Virus record (IMG/VR): IMGVR_UViG_3300038455_000036
Span: 6,038-70,037 of that record
Length of the DNA: 64,000 nt
Strand: one strand, 5' to 3'
Origin: a virus
This document shows positions 42,806-53,889 of this stretch, piece by piece. Both the position numbers and the translations under genes were made by a program. Under the pieces are notes generated by a model that was not told the DNA's origin, made no database searches, and saw only the letters and a program-made list of their open reading frames with translations. The first letter of the stretch is position 1; each line of letters starts with the position of its first letter.

Positions 42806-43345
42806 ATGAGTATAGGTGTTGAAGCTGTAACCGCGCCAGCCCAAAGTGACATAGTTTTGGCTATGGGTAAGATATATAAAGATTATACTAATGCAGGTGG
42901 GACAGAATACGGAGCAGTAAACGGTGGTACATTTAGTGTTAAAAGGGAAATCCATAATATAGAAGTTGCAGGACAATTAGGAAAAATAAAGGGTTTAAAC
43001 AGGAAAACTGAGATTATACCGAGCTTAAAAATTGATGCTTTGGCTGTTAATTATACTAATTTTGTATACGGTGGTGGTTTTACCGTAACAGATGAAGGCG
43101 CATATCATAAAATAATTGAGGATGTAGAAATTGCAGATGCAGACTATTTGACCGATATAACTTTTGTTGGGAACACGCACGCTGGTAAAGGTGTAATTAT
43201 AATTGTTTATAATCCATTGATGGTTAGTAATACACAATTAGACTTTGCCGCAAAGAAGGAAATAGTAAATGGCGTTGAATACGAGGGATGTTATGCAAGT
43301 AATGCGCTAACTACACCACCTTATGAAATTAGATATATTGATTAA
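42806..43345 (+). CDS. Major tail (tube) protein
   Basis: GA..GGTFSVKRE...IE..G..GKIKG; position before the tail chaperones. Confidence 0.8.
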   Translation: MSIGVEAVTAPAQSDIVLAMGKIYKDYTNAGGTEYGAVNGGTFSVKREIHNIEVAGQLGKIKGLNRKTEIIPSLKIDALAVNYTNFVYGGGFTVTDEGAYHKIIEDVEIADADYLTDITFVGNTHAGKGVIIIVYNPLMVSNTQLDFAAKKEIVNGVEYEGCYASNALTTPPYEIRYID

Positions 43346-43430
43346 TTATAAATAAAGTTTATTAGGTCGAGATAGTGTAATCTCATTTTATATTATCTTG
43401 ATCTTTTTTAATTAAAGGAGATTACGAAAA

Positions 43431-44119
43431 ATGTTGAATTTAGATCAAGTTTTAATTTTGTTTGATATTTTCGGAGAAATGGAAATAGAAAAGATGCCAT
43501 TTGAACTTTCTGCAAAAGATAAAGAAAATATGCAAATAGAATTAAGAAAAGCTTATAAAATAAAGAATTCAGATGAGCAAGAAGCTGAAATTAAGTCGAT
43601 TCAAACAAAATATGGGGTTGATGTATTGCCATCAATTATTAAATTTATTATTGGCAATCTTGGTAAAGCAAAATTATCCGTTAAAGAATTTATTGCTTGT
43701 TATAAGGGAATTTCTATTGATGAAGCTTCAAAACTAGGAATAAAAGATATTTCTAAAATTATTTTCGAAATAAAAGACGAAATTGTCGAAGCGGTGAAAG
43801 ATTTTTTATCTCAAAAGTAAGCAGAATAGATGTTCTTGACTTACTTTTGTCCAGATATTCAGATATAAATTACATCTTAAAATTACCCGCTCAAAAAGGT
43901 GTGAAGCTATATTTTAAAGCCTTAGAGCAAGAACAGGATAAGCGTAGCTGGGATATATTTATACACGAAAACCACGATAAACCTATTTTATTTGATGATT
44001 GGAAAAAACAAAAGATAAAACAGTATAACAATAGTTTAAATCAAGTTACAAATACGATTGTTGTCGATGATGCAAGAATACAAGCGATTATAAATAAAGA
44101 TAAAGGCAATAAAAAGTAA
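43431..44119 (+). CDS. Tail assembly chaperones G (43431-43820) and GT via programmed -1 frameshift
   Basis: Slippery T-TTT-TTA at 43802-43808; the -1 frame is open from there into ORF 43847-44119. Confidence 0.85.
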
Positions 44120-44139
44120 TTTAGAAGGGAGGTATTGCA

Positions 44140-47016
44140 TTGGATTTATATAACTTAGTTGGTAGAATTTCGTTACAAGGATTCAACAATATTTCTCCAC
44201 AATTAACACAAATTAACAATCAATTTACCCAATTAAATGTAAAAATAAATCAAACAACACAAAAAACACAGTCATTTACTCAAAATATTTCTGCTTATGC
44301 AAGTAACTTAGGTAGTAGATTACAAAGCATAGGTGCAGGATTAACAAGTGTTGGAACAAAATTAACAGCAAGCGTAACACTTCCTATTCTTGGGATTGGT
44401 GCCGCCGCTATAAAAGTCGGAATGGATTTTGAGGCTGGAATGGCAAAAGTTCAGGCTATGGCTGGTGTTTCTGCTAAAGATATGGAAAAACTTTCAGACA
44501 AAGCAAAAGAAATGGGTATCAAGACAAAATTTTCCGCAAAAGAAGCGGCTGATGCTTTATATTATTTAGCTTCGGCAGGGTGGAAAACACAAGAAATGTT
44601 AGGCGGATTAGAGGGTATTATGAATTTAGCCGCCGCATCTGGCGAGGATTTAGCCAGTACATCTAACTATGTCGTAGGAAGTATGAAGGCATTAGGTTTG
44701 CAAGCTAACGAATCAGCTCGTTTCGCTGATGTTTTAGCAAAAGCCGCTTCTAACAGTAATACAAATGTTGCTCAAATGGGAGAAGCTTTCAAGGCTGGTG
44801 CTGGTACCGCTGGTATGCTTAAATATAAATTAGAAGACGTTTCTTTGGCAATGGGATTAATGGCAAATAGTAACATCAAAGGAAGTCAAGCAGGAAGATT
44901 GTTTAGCACTGGATTATTAAGAATGGTATCTCCTACTGATGATGTAGCGTTAGCAATGAAAAAACTTAACATAAATATGACTGATGCATCGGGGCAAATG
45001 ATACCACTTAATAAATTAATTGATAATATAAGATCAAGCTTTAGTAAGTTAACTCCTGCTCAACAAGCATCAAACGCATCTATTATATTCGGGAAAAATG
45101 CAATAAAAGCATGGCAAGCAATAATTAACGCCACTCCCGAAGATGTCGAAAAGCTAACTAAAGCAATTGCCAATAGTGGTGGAGCAGCTCAGAAAATGGC
45201 TGACATACAATTAGCAACTCTAAGCGGTAGAATTACACTTATTAAATCTAGTTTAGAGGGACTAGGAATCAAACTATATGAGACTTTTAACAACAATGAT
45301 GTTATTAAAAAAATGGCTAACGTTGTCTTGGACTTAGTTAATAAATTTGCCGCACTACCAAAGTCTACCTTAACAATTATTAGTGTTTTTGCTGGTTTAC
45401 TCGCCGCAATAGGACCTATTGTTACAATTATAGGCATGGCTATAACTGGCGTTGCTGGATTGGCTTTTGCATTTTCTGCTATTATTACACCTGTTGGACT
45501 TATAGCAACAGCTATTAGTATACTGATTGGTGCTGGTGCCTTAGGTGGATTAGTTGCTTTATTAGCTGGTTTAAAATTTGCTAATATGGATCAATTGGCA
45601 GATGCTTTTAACAGTATAAAAGACAAAGCTATAGAAGTATATAGTTATCTAAAAGAGCAATGGATACCTGCAATAAAATTTATACTATCTGGCGATAAAA
45701 AAGAATTGGCAAAAGTTGATGATAAGAATTTCCAAGAATCATTAGAAAATACTAGAAAATCATTAGAAACTTTAGGTAAAAAAATTAATGAATTTGTGGA
45801 CGGTATAGCTAATACGTTTTCTAGTCTAAATAATCAAAATTTAGATGATTTTTCGACATCTGTAGCTAATGCGGTTACAGATATTTCGAATGCGGCATCT
45901 ACAATATTAGATATAATACAAACTATAAAAGACGCTTATGATGCGATTAAAAGATTTCAGCTTGAATTAAGAGTTAGTGCTGGTAAAATTGATTCATTTT
46001 TTGGTTTTGACAAAATAGATACGAGTAATGCAAAAATGGCGGCAAAAGCGGCACTTGATTTGCTAGATATGGATATACAAAAACTTTTTGCAGAGAAGAA
46101 AAAATATACTAGAGAATACGAAATGGCAACAACAGTAAAGGGGAAAGAAGAAGCGCAGAAAAAAATTGATGAAGCAAATAAAGATTTGGATAGCAAGATC
46201 AAAGAATTATCTAAAGAAGAAAAATCTTATAATAAAAAATATAAAACTACTTTAGATATTGATTCTAGCTATGCAAGCCAGCAAATCGAAAGTAATAATA
46301 GGCTTTTAGAAACTCAAATAAAAAAGGAACTAAAAGGAAATAAAATTATTGAAGTTGATGGAAGTATAAAAGATGAAAAAGTAAGAAATCAAATTGAAAA
46401 ACATAATGAAGAAATAAAATTAAAAATAGCAAGTGGTCATATTAGCGAAACTGAAAAGGTTACTATTAATGCTAATGTTAATACTGAGCCAGCTAAGAGT
46501 AGTGTAAATAAAGGACATGATGATGTTAAAACTACAGCTAATAGTAACAACATTGTCAACACAACAAAGAAAGTTAATATTAATGCTAATACAGATACAA
46601 AAAAGGCTAAAGAAAGTGTAACTTCGGCTTTTTCGGTATTATCATCTTTTATTGACAGTATTAAGCTACCTTCATTCACCAAATCTGTATCTATAGGTAT
46701 TAACACTATAATTAAAGGTATAACAGGTAAGGCGAGAGGTGGGCCAGCCGAAGGATTAACTTTAGTCGGCGAAGAAGGCCCTGAACTTTTAGCATTGCCA
46801 AAAGGGTCTTATGTATACAATAATGGAGATACTAGAAGCATTTTAGCAGGAAAACAAGTTAGACAAGCTGATGGAATTAATTCAAACGGAAATAATAATA
46901 CAGTTATAAATAATTATTTAAATATAAATTTTGATGATATTAACGATGTTGTAAAATTAAAGAACTTTTTAAATCAAATAAAATCCGAAAGCGTAGCTAG
47001 AGGGGGTGCTTCTTAA
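44140..47016 (+). CDS. Tape measure protein (TP901-family core)
   Basis: DFEAGMAKVQA, TKFSAKEAADALYYLA.AGW, Ala/Gly-rich; C-terminal LVGEEGPEL. Confidence 0.95.
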   Translation: MDLYNLVGRISLQGFNNISPQLTQINNQFTQLNVKINQTTQKTQSFTQNISAYASNLGSRLQSIGAGLTSVGTKLTASVTLPILGIGAAAIKVGMDFEAGMAKVQAMAGVSAKDMEKLSDKAKEMGIKTKFSAKEAADALYYLASAGWKTQEMLGGLEGIMNLAAASGEDLASTSNYVVGSMKALGLQANESARFADVLAKAASNSNTNVAQMGEAFKAGAGTAGMLKYKLEDVSLAMGLMANSNIKGSQAGRLFSTGLLRMVSPTDDVALAMKKLNINMTDASGQMIPLNKLIDNIRSSFSKLTPAQQASNASIIFGKNAIKAWQAIINATPEDVEKLTKAIANSGGAAQKMADIQLATLSGRITLIKSSLEGLGIKLYETFNNNDVIKKMANVVLDLVNKFAALPKSTLTIISVFAGLLAAIGPIVTIIGMAITGVAGLAFAFSAIITPVGLIATAISILIGAGALGGLVALLAGLKFANMDQLADAFNSIKDKAIEVYSYLKEQWIPAIKFILSGDKKELAKVDDKNFQESLENTRKSLETLGKKINEFVDGIANTFSSLNNQNLDDFSTSVANAVTDISNAASTILDIIQTIKDAYDAIKRFQLELRVSAGKIDSFFGFDKIDTSNAKMAAKAALDLLDMDIQKLFAEKKKYTREYEMATTVKGKEEAQKKIDEANKDLDSKIKELSKEEKSYNKKYKTTLDIDSSYASQQIESNNRLLETQIKKELKGNKIIEVDGSIKDEKVRNQIEKHNEEIKLKIASGHISETEKVTINANVNTEPAKSSVNKGHDDVKTTANSNNIVNTTKKVNINANTDTKKAKESVTSAFSVLSSFIDSIKLPSFTKSVSIGINTIIKGITGKARGGPAEGLTLVGEEGPELLALPKGSYVYNNGDTRSILAGKQVRQADGINSNGNNNTVINNYLNINFDDINDVVKLKNFLNQIKSESVARGGAS

Positions 47017-49328
47017 TGGGATGGTATTATAATGTAACCAACAACAGCACACCTCCAACGCCTAATGATTATGACTGGTTCGGAACAAATACATCTAACC
47101 AAGAAGCGGCTTATATTTACATTGGTGGAACTTATGCAATTACTAAAATTAGGGTTTATGCTAGTGCTCGAAGTAGTGCGGTATTATGTAGATTATGCAT
47201 GTGGGCTGAAAACACATATGTTTTAACACAATCAGATAGTTTTTCAATGGCAGCTGGTAGCGAATCAGTAGGCGGTCAGGCGTGGCAAGAGATTACATTA
47301 CCTACACCATTGGTAGTTACAGCTGGTAATTATTATGTAGGCTTATATCGTAATCCTACAGGTGCTCATATAGCTGGAACAAATACGGCTGTAGACAGTT
47401 ATCGGAAAACTAATACAAATGGATTTCCCTCCTTGGTTTCGATGTCGGGTTATAGTCAAGACACTGGCGAAGGCTTGTTAGTTGGTGTTTTTGTTACAGG
47501 TGCACCAACAGCACCAAGTAGTTTAACAGCAACAAGGAATAGCGATACAAGCATATCATTAAGTTTTACTAACAACGCAAGCGAAGATAATCCTTACACA
47601 TCTGTAAAAGTACAGAGATACGATAATGTAACTGGTACTTATTATGAGATAGCAACATTAAGCGGTAGTGCAACAAGCTTTACGGACACTACAGTTATCG
47701 CAAATAGGAAATATAAATATGCGATAAATGCATATAATTATGTTGCCTATTCAGCATTTACTTATTCTGATTATGTTAATACGACACCAGCCGCACCAAG
47801 TAATGTTGTTGCCGCTAGTTCTGGAACTAGCGTTAATATAACATGGACTGATAATAGTAGTAATGAAAACCATTTTTATATACAAAGTTCGGAATATTCT
47901 GGTGGAACATGGCAATCATGGGTTAACGAGGTAGAAGTCGCCACAGGAACTACAAGTTGGACGGACACAACACCTCCTAGTATTGTAAAATATCGGGTTA
48001 AGTCTCTAACTGATGAATATGGTAATTTATCAAGTGCTTATGTTGAATCAAATGAATTAACGATATTGCAAGCACCATCGGCACCGACTAATTTAAGCCC
48101 TGACAATCAATTTTTCGATGGTGCAGACGAAAAAATATTTACCTGGCAACATAATCCACTTGATGGCAGTACCCAAACAAAATACAGTATTCAATACAAG
48201 GTAAGTGGTGGTAGTTATCCCGGAACTCCTCAAGTAAACGAAACAGCTTCTAGCACTTCAAGTCACACTTTTGCGGCTGAAACATTTTCAAGTAGCACAA
48301 TATATAAATATCAAGTTAAAACGTGGGGAGCTTATAGCACTGGTTCAGCTTGGAGCACAGAAAAACAATTTGCGTGTTATGCTAAGCCAATCGGGACAAT
48401 AACAAGTCCAACCGTAGCAGACGATTATGCTTCTAGTTTCTTGACTATGACTTGGAGTTTTACAGGAGTTGCCCAAACTGAGTTTTTAGCTAAATTATAT
48501 GACAACAATGATGTATTATTAGAAACTCAATCGGTGGCTAGTAGCGCAGAAACAGTTAATTTTACTACACAATTAAGTAATCTAGCAACTTATACGGTAA
48601 CTTTGCAGGTTAAAGACAGCACTAACTTATGGAGTTTGGAAACCGAAACAGAATTCAACACAGTTTTTGCAGTACCTCCAACACCAACAATTGTATTAAC
48701 AGAAGATACAGTCAATGGATTAGTTAATATAGCCATAACAAATCCAAGTCCAGAAGGAGCGGAAATAGAAGCTGTTACTAATAATGTTTATAGAAGTCTA
48801 GACGGTGGGACTACTTACGAATTAATACTCGAAGATATACCTTTAAACACAACAGTTGTTGACTATGTTCCTAATATTGGAGGCACAACATATTATTACG
48901 TTGATTCCGTTAGTGCTACACCGACAATCGCTTCATCGGTGGCAAGTTATGTAACAATCAATATGACAGGTGATTATATCTTTAATACAGGTAATAATTT
49001 TGAAAATTATCTTGTTATGACAGGTGATATAAACTTTGGCGAGAAAATAAATCCTGATATAACCCTAAATAAATTTGAAGGTCGCACTTATCCAGTTAAA
49101 TTTACAGGGACTTCTATCAATCAAAATATAAGTTTTGGGTGTGACTTGCTATTTACGGACTATGACACGATGACATCAATTATAAATTCTACTAATGATA
49201 TAGTTTTTAGAGACTGGAAAAATAGATGGTTTTATTGTGCTATTACTAACTCTAATTTTAACAAGAAAGATCATGAAGCTTATCAATTTTCTTGCGAAAT
49301 TATAAGGGTTGAGGGTGGTGATAGTTAG
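47016..49328 (+). CDS. Fibronectin type III-repeat tail/baseplate protein
   Basis: Repeated P.APS.L.A...I.W.DN...Y..Q motifs; follows the tape measure gene. Confidence 0.75.
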   Translation: MGWYYNVTNNSTPPTPNDYDWFGTNTSNQEAAYIYIGGTYAITKIRVYASARSSAVLCRLCMWAENTYVLTQSDSFSMAAGSESVGGQAWQEITLPTPLVVTAGNYYVGLYRNPTGAHIAGTNTAVDSYRKTNTNGFPSLVSMSGYSQDTGEGLLVGVFVTGAPTAPSSLTATRNSDTSISLSFTNNASEDNPYTSVKVQRYDNVTGTYYEIATLSGSATSFTDTTVIANRKYKYAINAYNYVAYSAFTYSDYVNTTPAAPSNVVAASSGTSVNITWTDNSSNENHFYIQSSEYSGGTWQSWVNEVEVATGTTSWTDTTPPSIVKYRVKSLTDEYGNLSSAYVESNELTILQAPSAPTNLSPDNQFFDGADEKIFTWQHNPLDGSTQTKYSIQYKVSGGSYPGTPQVNETASSTSSHTFAAETFSSSTIYKYQVKTWGAYSTGSAWSTEKQFACYAKPIGTITSPTVADDYASSFLTMTWSFTGVAQTEFLAKLYDNNDVLLETQSVASSAETVNFTTQLSNLATYTVTLQVKDSTNLWSLETETEFNTVFAVPPTPTIVLTEDTVNGLVNIAITNPSPEGAEIEAVTNNVYRSLDGGTTYELILEDIPLNTTVVDYVPNIGGTTYYYVDSVSATPTIASSVASYVTINMTGDYIFNTGNNFENYLVMTGDINFGEKINPDITLNKFEGRTYPVKFTGTSINQNISFGCDLLFTDYDTMTSIINSTNDIVFRDWKNRWFYCAITNSNFNKKDHEAYQFSCEIIRVEGGDS

Positions 49329-50428
49329 TGAGTATCTTTACCGGGAATAGATATGAAAATTTTAAATTTGAGCTATTATCTTTAAATAACGAAAAATACG
49401 AAAATGCTGGATGGATTACGGACTATGTAATTAGAGATAGCTCTAATATTAATATAAATTTTACTAGGGATGTAATAGGATCGGCAAATTTCAACATTAG
49501 AAATAATACTGATATTAACTATTTAAGCGACTTAATAAGACCTTGGTATGTATTGAATGATGTATATCAATATCCGTTAGGGACTTATATGCTATCAGTA
49601 CCCAGCAAAAAATCTGACGGTAAAATGGTATCAAGACAAATACAAGGTTTTGATTTATTATTAGCCTTAGAACAAGATAAAACAATAAATAGCACTACAT
49701 TCGAAGCTGGTGAAGTAGTGACTGACTTGATAGAAACATTGTTATATAGTTATACCATGTTGTGGGTTAATGCTGATATTGTACCATCTACCGAAGTTCT
49801 AGCAACTGATGTTAGTTATGAGTTAGGCAAGAGCAAACTATTTATAATCAATAGTTTGCTGAATATGATCAATTATTACCCTCTTTGGGCAGATGGTAAC
49901 GGTGTGTTTAGGGCTATCCCTTGGGATAGTGAAATAAATTCTTGTTATACGTTCATTGACAATGAATTGTCAATATATAATTCGGGAATTGACCTTAATT
50001 TAGACTATACAGAAATGTATAACAGAGTTGTAATCATAAATAATCAATTAAGCCAAGATACAGCACCACTTTATAAGGTGTGGACATTCGAAGATGAAGA
50101 CTTAGATAATCATCCATTTTCTTATTCTAGCTTAGGGAGATATATAACAAAAATATTTCAATCTGAAGCAGTAAGTCAGGATTACGTAGACTTAAGAGCA
50201 AGACGAGAATTATTGAAAATGCTTGAAATAGAAGAAAGTGTTAATTATAATCATGCTTTTATTAGTGCTAGGGAAAACGACGGTTTACCTTGGCAAGGGG
50301 ACGGATACAGGTTTAAAAATACTCTACTAGACATTGACAGTGTATATAAAATAGAATATTTAACCTATAACCTAAGCCCTGGAAGTATGGTGCAAACTAA
50401 AATAAAGCGAATACGGAGTACCTATTGA
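49328..50428 (+). CDS. Baseplate hub/tail tip protein
   Basis: YPLGTY, INYYPLWADGNGVF, YNRVV; position. Confidence 0.65.
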   Translation: MSIFTGNRYENFKFELLSLNNEKYENAGWITDYVIRDSSNININFTRDVIGSANFNIRNNTDINYLSDLIRPWYVLNDVYQYPLGTYMLSVPSKKSDGKMVSRQIQGFDLLLALEQDKTINSTTFEAGEVVTDLIETLLYSYTMLWVNADIVPSTEVLATDVSYELGKSKLFIINSLLNMINYYPLWADGNGVFRAIPWDSEINSCYTFIDNELSIYNSGIDLNLDYTEMYNRVVIINNQLSQDTAPLYKVWTFEDEDLDNHPFSYSSLGRYITKIFQSEAVSQDYVDLRARRELLKMLEIEESVNYNHAFISARENDGLPWQGDGYRFKNTLLDIDSVYKIEYLTYNLSPGSMVQTKIKRIRSTY

Positions 50429-51084
50429 TGGATATTTATGATTATATAATTAACAAAAAACCTGATAATAAATTCTTTACTGCAACGGTTTATGACTTAG
50501 ATCCGCTTCAAGTAAAAATATATCCCGATGATGGGGCAATTAATTGTAAGGCAACTACTGGTTTATTAGGTTTAAGCGTGGGGTCAAATGTTGTTTTGAT
50601 GAAGATTGGTAATCAGTTTGTCATTACTCAAATAATCGGCAATCCGTTTGTAGATAGTATAATGATTAACAGAAATAGCACTCAAACTATTACAGATACT
50701 AATCAAGCCAAAGTTCAGTTTAACAGTCAGAAAGCACTAATAGGTAGTCGTTTAAGTTATGATTCCGGAAATTATGGCGTTAAAATTGGAAAAGGCGTTA
50801 ATTCGGTTTTAGTTTTTCTTGATCTATGGAACGAAAGAACTACAGGAAGTTATTCCAGTATTCATGTTTATAAAAATAGTACTCAATTAACTTATGCTAT
50901 TGGTGCTGCTCGCATGACAGGTCAAGAACCTTGGATAACTCAACATAGCCATGCCATTGTTGCAGTAGTAGAAAATGATTTGATTTATGGATATGTTCGC
51001 TTTAGTGCTTCTCATGCTAGTGAAAATAGAATTGCTGGTGGTTATGCTGATAGTTGCAATATGATTGTGAGAGCAATTAACTAA
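50425..51084 (+). CDS. Tail tip/receptor-binding candidate
   Basis: N-terminal ATV..LDPLQVK OB-like domain and beta-rich C-terminus. Confidence 0.55.
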   Translation: MMDIYDYIINKKPDNKFFTATVYDLDPLQVKIYPDDGAINCKATTGLLGLSVGSNVVLMKIGNQFVITQIIGNPFVDSIMINRNSTQTITDTNQAKVQFNSQKALIGSRLSYDSGNYGVKIGKGVNSVLVFLDLWNERTTGSYSSIHVYKNSTQLTYAIGAARMTGQEPWITQHSHAIVAVVENDLIYGYVRFSASHASENRIAGGYADSCNMIVRAIN

Positions 51085-51101
51085 ATTAAACGAGGTAAAA
51101 T

Positions 51102-51347
51102 ATGGAACATAAATGTATAAATAAAGAAATTATAGAAGCACTAAGAAAAGAAGTCCAACACTTGCAAACAAGATACGAAGTCCTTGAAAGCAATGTAAGT
51201 GCAGTAAAAGAAAACATAAAGGACATGAAAAGTAGTATTAAAGATATAAGAAATAAAATGGATTCTATAACACGAACTAATATAGCTATTTTAAGTGGCG
51301 TAATAATTGCCATAATTGGTGCTATAGCTAATTTTGTTATAAAGTGA
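51102..51347 (+). CDS. XhlA-like lysis membrane protein
   Basis: Coiled coil plus C-terminal TM helix, upstream of the holin. Confidence 0.65.
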   Translation: MEHKCINKEIIEALRKEVQHLQTRYEVLESNVSAVKENIKDMKSSIKDIRNKMDSITRTNIAILSGVIIAIIGAIANFVIK

Positions 51348-51354
51348 GAGCGAT

Positions 51355-51624
51355 ATGAATAAATATATAAATAAATATAATGATATACAGCCTATAAAGT
51401 TCAGCACAGATAATAACAATAAAAGTAAAGTACAAAATAGGCTAAAAAGTAAGGTGGTATGGATGTCAATTACGACATCTATTTTGCTAATTATAGGTAA
51501 TTTAGGACTATATAAAAAGATCGGCATAACAGAAGATGCTACAAAAGCAATCGTTAATTCTATATTAGAGATGTTAACAGTTGTAGGGATTTTAAACAAC
51601 CCTAAAGATGTAGAAAAATTCTAG
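51355..51624 (+). CDS. Holin
   Basis: QNRLKSKVVW...GILNNP signature, two TM segments. Confidence 0.85.
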   Translation: MNKYINKYNDIQPIKFSTDNNNKSKVQNRLKSKVVWMSITTSILLIIGNLGLYKKIGITEDATKAIVNSILEMLTVVGILNNPKDVEKF

Positions 51625-51635
51625 GAGGTGAAAAC

Positions 51636-52424
51636 ATGTATAGAGTTGGTGTTGACGATGGTCATGGTGTCGAAACTTGCGGAAAGAGAACGCCTGACGG
51701 ATACAAAGAAAATGAATTTAATCATTACACAAAAGTTTACTTGATAGAAGCTTTAAAAAGATGTGGAATAGAGCCAATTGATTGCAGTCCTAGCAGAAAT
51801 GATAATAGTTTAGCTGATAGGTGTAATATTGCTAATCGCGCTAGTTGTGATGTGTTTGTCAGTGTACATTATAACGCCATGGGTAACAATTGGAATGATG
51901 GTGTTGGTGGTATAGAGACATATTATTGGAATAATAGCATAGATGGCAAAAGGTTAGCTACCTTGATACATAATGAATTAATGCAAGGTACGCCACTAAA
52001 AAATCGCGGTGTAAAAAGTGCTGATTTTTACGTATTAAGAGAGACAAATATGATTGCAGCTCTTTGCGAATGCGGTTTTATGGACAATCACAAAGAAGCG
52101 GAATTAATGAAGTCGGAAAATTATAGGCGAGAATGTAGCGAAGAAATTTGCCGGGGTATTTGTAAATACCTAGGCGTTAATTATATACCTGGTCAAAATC
52201 AGATAAGCAATTTTGTTGGTGCTGTATATAAAAGAGGTATCCAAGGCGAGCAAGTTAAAGTAATCCAGCAAAAAATAAATGATTATTTTAATAGCCTAAG
52301 AATTGATATAGATGGTGATTTTGGACCCAAGACTGAAAATGCAGTTAAAATATATCAGCAGCTTAAAAAATTAGAAGTCGATGGGATAGTTGGCCCGCAA
52401 ACTCAAAAAAGTTTAGGTATGTAA
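51636..52424 (+). CDS. Endolysin: Amidase_3 plus PG_binding_1
   Basis: DDGHG, E..FN, VSVHYNA, LCECGFMDN; DGDFGPKT..AVK.YQ....L.VDGIVGPQT. Confidence 0.93.
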   Translation: MYRVGVDDGHGVETCGKRTPDGYKENEFNHYTKVYLIEALKRCGIEPIDCSPSRNDNSLADRCNIANRASCDVFVSVHYNAMGNNWNDGVGGIETYYWNNSIDGKRLATLIHNELMQGTPLKNRGVKSADFYVLRETNMIAALCECGFMDNHKEAELMKSENYRRECSEEICRGICKYLGVNYIPGQNQISNFVGAVYKRGIQGEQVKVIQQKINDYFNSLRIDIDGDFGPKTENAVKIYQQLKKLEVDGIVGPQTQKSLGM

Positions 52425-52426
52425 AA

Positions 52427-52846
52427 ATGACAAAAGACACAATAATTAAATTAAATAATCTAATAGAAAAAGTAAATATTATACAAAATGAATTGAAAAC
52501 ATTGGTAGAAGAAATAAAAAATGAAAATCAAATTGAAATAGAAAATAATTCTGAATTTACCTTAGATAAAACTAATTACATTTTATTACATAAAGAAAGC
52601 AATAAAAAAATGAATTTAACCATAACCGAATTTAAGATATTGGAATTTTTGTTTATAAATCGTCCTTGTGTAATGTCAACTAGTGAAATACACAAAAATA
52701 TATATCTTGGAGAAGAATACATTGAGGAACTAAGCAATGCTATATCTACACATATTTGCAGAATTAACAATAAGTTAAGGTGTTGCTTACATGTTAATAA
52801 ATCAATTATTAGGAGCCGACATGGATTTGGTTACTTTATAAAATAA
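52427..52846 (+). CDS. Orphan OmpR/PhoB-type winged-helix protein (no receiver domain)
   Basis: LTITEFKILEFL, ISTHICRINNKL, IRSRHGFGY. Confidence 0.8.
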   Translation: MTKDTIIKLNNLIEKVNIIQNELKTLVEEIKNENQIEIENNSEFTLDKTNYILLHKESNKKMNLTITEFKILEFLFINRPCVMSTSEIHKNIYLGEEYIEELSNAISTHICRINNKLRCCLHVNKSIIRSRHGFGYFIK

Positions 52847-52911
52847 ACTTGATTATAAAATAAATATAATATATATTTATTGTGTTATTTTAACGAAAAG
52901 GGGAGTAAAAT

Positions 52912-53889
52912 ATGAAAAAAATATTTAGTTTACTGTTAATAATGACATTTATATGCATTATGACAATTGGGGTATATTGCCAAATAGATAAATATGGCGG
53001 TACCTTTGTAACAAAAGAAGTTAAAACTCAGGAATATATTCCTGCAAAAGCGGAAATTCCTGAAAAATCAACATGGAGTGCGGTAGAAAAAGTTGATAAA
53101 AGAATTGCCGACCCGACTCAAGTATTAACAAATTACGATATTACAGCTAATGCAACTTTTAACGAGACAGATTCAACATTGGATTATGTTATTACAGTAA
53201 AGGGGAAAATTGATGCAACATCATCCATTGATAAAACTTTTACAGATAAATTAAACAAAGAACCTGGTGAACAATCAATAACGGTTACATGGGAACTTAA
53301 TAGTCAGACTAAAAAATTAACATGTGTATTCGATGTGACTAAAACAGTAGTGCAAGAACACGAAAATGCAGTACCAGAACAGCCAGGAATAAAAGAAATA
53401 CATGTAATTGGCTATAAATTTGTAAAGGGAAAATACAAAGGTTGTGAAGTGAAGTTTAGACCAACAATTATAAAAAATACAATAACTAAGACATCTAATG
53501 GTGTAAAAAATAGCGAAGTTACTAATGATTATAAGAAACTTTTGAGCATGCGACCATTTAAACCTAATACAACAAGAGTATGGTCAAAGGGAAAATGGTT
53601 ATACTTGAGATGTGACTGGACTATTCCCACACCGAAACCAACACAAAGTGAGTCTACTTCTCCATCGATATCACCGAGCGAGTCTATTTCTCCAAGTGAA
53701 TCTACAGAGCCAACAATAGACCCAAGTGTAGACCCGACAGTTAATCCGACTAATAATGTAGTTTATGGAAATAATAGTTTGCCAAAAACTGGCGAAAGTG
53801 AAAATGTAGCTTTAGTTATCGCTGGTATCTTAGTTGTGGCAGTTGGCATATTGACCATAGTAAAAATATGTAAACCTAATAATAGTTGA
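52912..53889 (+). CDS. Sortase-anchored (LPXTG) cell-surface protein, lysogenic-conversion candidate
   Basis: Signal peptide, Ser/Pro/Thr linker, LPKTG followed by a TM helix. Confidence 0.85.
   Translation: MKKIFSLLLIMTFICIMTIGVYCQIDKYGGTFVTKEVKTQEYIPAKAEIPEKSTWSAVEKVDKRIADPTQVLTNYDITANATFNETDSTLDYVITVKGKIDATSSIDKTFTDKLNKEPGEQSITVTWELNSQTKKLTCVFDVTKTVVQEHENAVPEQPGIKEIHVIGYKFVKGKYKGCEVKFRPTIIKNTITKTSNGVKNSEVTNDYKKLLSMRPFKPNTTRVWSKGKWLYLRCDWTIPTPKPTQSESTSPSISPSESISPSESTEPTIDPSVDPTVNPTNNVVYGNNSLPKTGESENVALVIAGILVVAVGILTIVKICKPNNS

Noticed and set aside
28454-46706. Numerous minus-strand ORFs overlapping structural genes
   Set aside because: Antisense shadows of well-supported plus-strand genes, with no RBS or motifs.
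47016-51084. Diversity-generating retroelement or invertible tail-fibre cassette
   Set aside because: No reverse transcriptase, template/variable repeat pair or inverted recombination sites seen near the tail genes.
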